Shown here: piece by piece, positions 62,234-64,000 of the stretch | Layout of the letters: each line of letters starts with the position of its first letter | Numbering within the stretch: position 1 is the stretch's first letter | Assembly: GCA_038087875.1 (NCBI GenBank) | Contig: JAXLNO010002693.1 | Coordinates: 1-64,000, forward strand | DNA length: 64,000 nucleotides | Reading direction: 5' to 3' | Origin: Malacoraja senta | Lineage: Eukaryota | Notes under the pieces: model-generated | What the model was told of the DNA's origin: nothing | The model's input: only the letters and a program-made list of their open reading frames with translations | Database searches by the model: none | Program-made: the position numbers and the translations under genes

Positions 62234-64000
62234 CCTCCCCGAGATGCACTCGAGTCTGAGAAGCATCCTTTCGAGCTATTTCCTCGTTTTCATTCCCCAC
62301 TCTTTTCCTGTGCAGAGCTGCAGCGTCTGCGCTGCGATAGTGGCTTGGGAGATAAATGCTGGACGAATTTGCAACTATGACCAATCACAATAGCGAAACT
62401 TCTCACTTTACCGCCATGCCTACTACACTCTGCTTCTCAAAATATAATTAGTTTCCCTTGCTTGTATAAACACCACTCGCAACCGTTGGATGCAACTGGT
62501 AAAGAGTGAATCTTTAATGTACATTGTAATCTCATTATATCAAGCAAATGTGTAACCTGGGTACTTACATGGGCAATCAGAGATTGGTTTAAGGAAGAAT
62601 AGTGTGATGAGGTGGAGGAGTCAAGGACCGGAATAGTAGAGCTATTGGCATTGAGAGTTAGAGGCATTGCGGCTGGATTCAACGGATGGAGGGTTTGTTG
62701 ATAAACAGTTATGAAAATATTTCTGAGGATGGTGGCGCCACGTCACAAATGGACACTGATCCCCATGAATGTCAAAACTGGCACAAGCAGCTGAAATATC
62801 AATAATTTTGTTCCGAAATTACATTTGTTATCAGTTTACAGTTTGGTAGAAAGCCTACTCGATCATTCTACATTATTTCTCTGCAAGTAACTAAACAACC
62901 AACAAGTCGCCTACTTGGGGAATCGGCCAAGAGATGCTCTCGAGCTTGAGAAGCAATCTTTTGAGCTTCTTCCTCTCCGTGATGCTGACGATAAGAGCGG
63001 TGAATTATGCTTACGATGCAATCACTGAAAACTGATATGGGTTTTAAACAATTAGTCTGGCACACTGATTTTAGTTACTTCGCCCTTCGCCTCAGCAGAG
63101 CTGCAGCATCTGCGCAGCATCAATGGAGGTGGGGCAATAATGCAAAGCGATTCTGGATCTCTGGCAAACCACACAGGCGAACTTACTCACTTTGTCGCCT
63201 TCTCCTGGATACTCGCTTGTTACACACTGCTTCCATGAAGAATATCATCAGTTATGCATACTTGGGTGAATATCACCCACTACTTTTGGCTGCATCTTGT
63301 GCAGAATTAATATATTTAATGACAACCGAAAGCCTCTGTTAGTAGCAATGAGGAATTACATTCAGTGCGAGAAGCAAAATTAAAATTGAACCACCATTAA
63401 ATTAAATGTTGCAGCAAGAATTTTATGAAACACATTTGTGCATTGGGCATTTACATACGTGATCATGGAACGTCTCAAAGTAGAGTAGAGGAAATGAGGA
63501 TGAAATGTTTAGCACCATTATGGCTGTTGTCATTGCGCGCTGGAGGCGTTGCCGCTATGTTCAAAGGGAGGTGGAAACAGTAAACGTGAGGCTAAAATCC
63601 GGAGACATTGAATGTCTGTTCCAGTGTAACAAAGCGCACGGTTCCCCAATGACCGTTCTCCCCACTGAGCAATTGAACAATGTGCCGGTCTCCCATGATA
63701 AATAGATGGCCAAATCTGCACTCCAGTGCAGGGGACACGTTCAGATTTTGATTGTACATCCAAACTATTTGTTAAAAAAATGGATGCGGATAGATTTCAG
63801 AGAAAACTCATCATTACCTAGCTATTGCACTCACTCAAGAAGGAATTTGAGTTGCAATGTTATTTTACACCAGGTTTTCTCGATTTTATTAAACTTACAG
63901 TTAGGGTGAATGGGTATTTGAGTGCCCGGAGCAGCTGGTCTCTGAACCTCCTCTGGGTCACGGTGTAAATGAGCGTGTTTGTGCAGGTGTTCAACAGCTG

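Noticed and set aside
62870-63340. Possible minus-strand exons (HHGEEEAQKIASQ; donor-like gtgagt near 63190)
   Set aside because: No recognisable protein family and no coherent exon chain

Overview
Vertebrate genomic DNA, very probably a cartilaginous fish (skate/ray-like, inferred from the CR1/HER1-type LINE tails and Penelope-associated repeats); two assembly gaps (22589-22948, 62061-62197). More than half of the window is transposon-derived: CR1-like LINE fragments (one young 2.5 kb copy), Rex1/Babar, RTE, Penelope, L1-like tails, tRNA-derived SINEs, MITEs, non-autonomous Helitron-like elements and a probable solo LTR. The non-repetitive content is immune-related. (1) A minus-strand tandem cluster of three SIGLEC15-like genes with reconstructed exon order leader - V-set - degraded C2-set - second V-set; every copy carries at least one lesion. 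Four further decayed leader/promoter modules point to a larger, older family. (2) A plus-strand TCR alpha/delta-type V segment with intact leader, intron, V exon and RSS heptamer but no nonamer. (3) A GPR139-like pseudogene split by a SINE. (4) An octamer with a possible Ig-light-chain-like relic, which is speculative. Family names come from recalled motif similarity, not from database searches.
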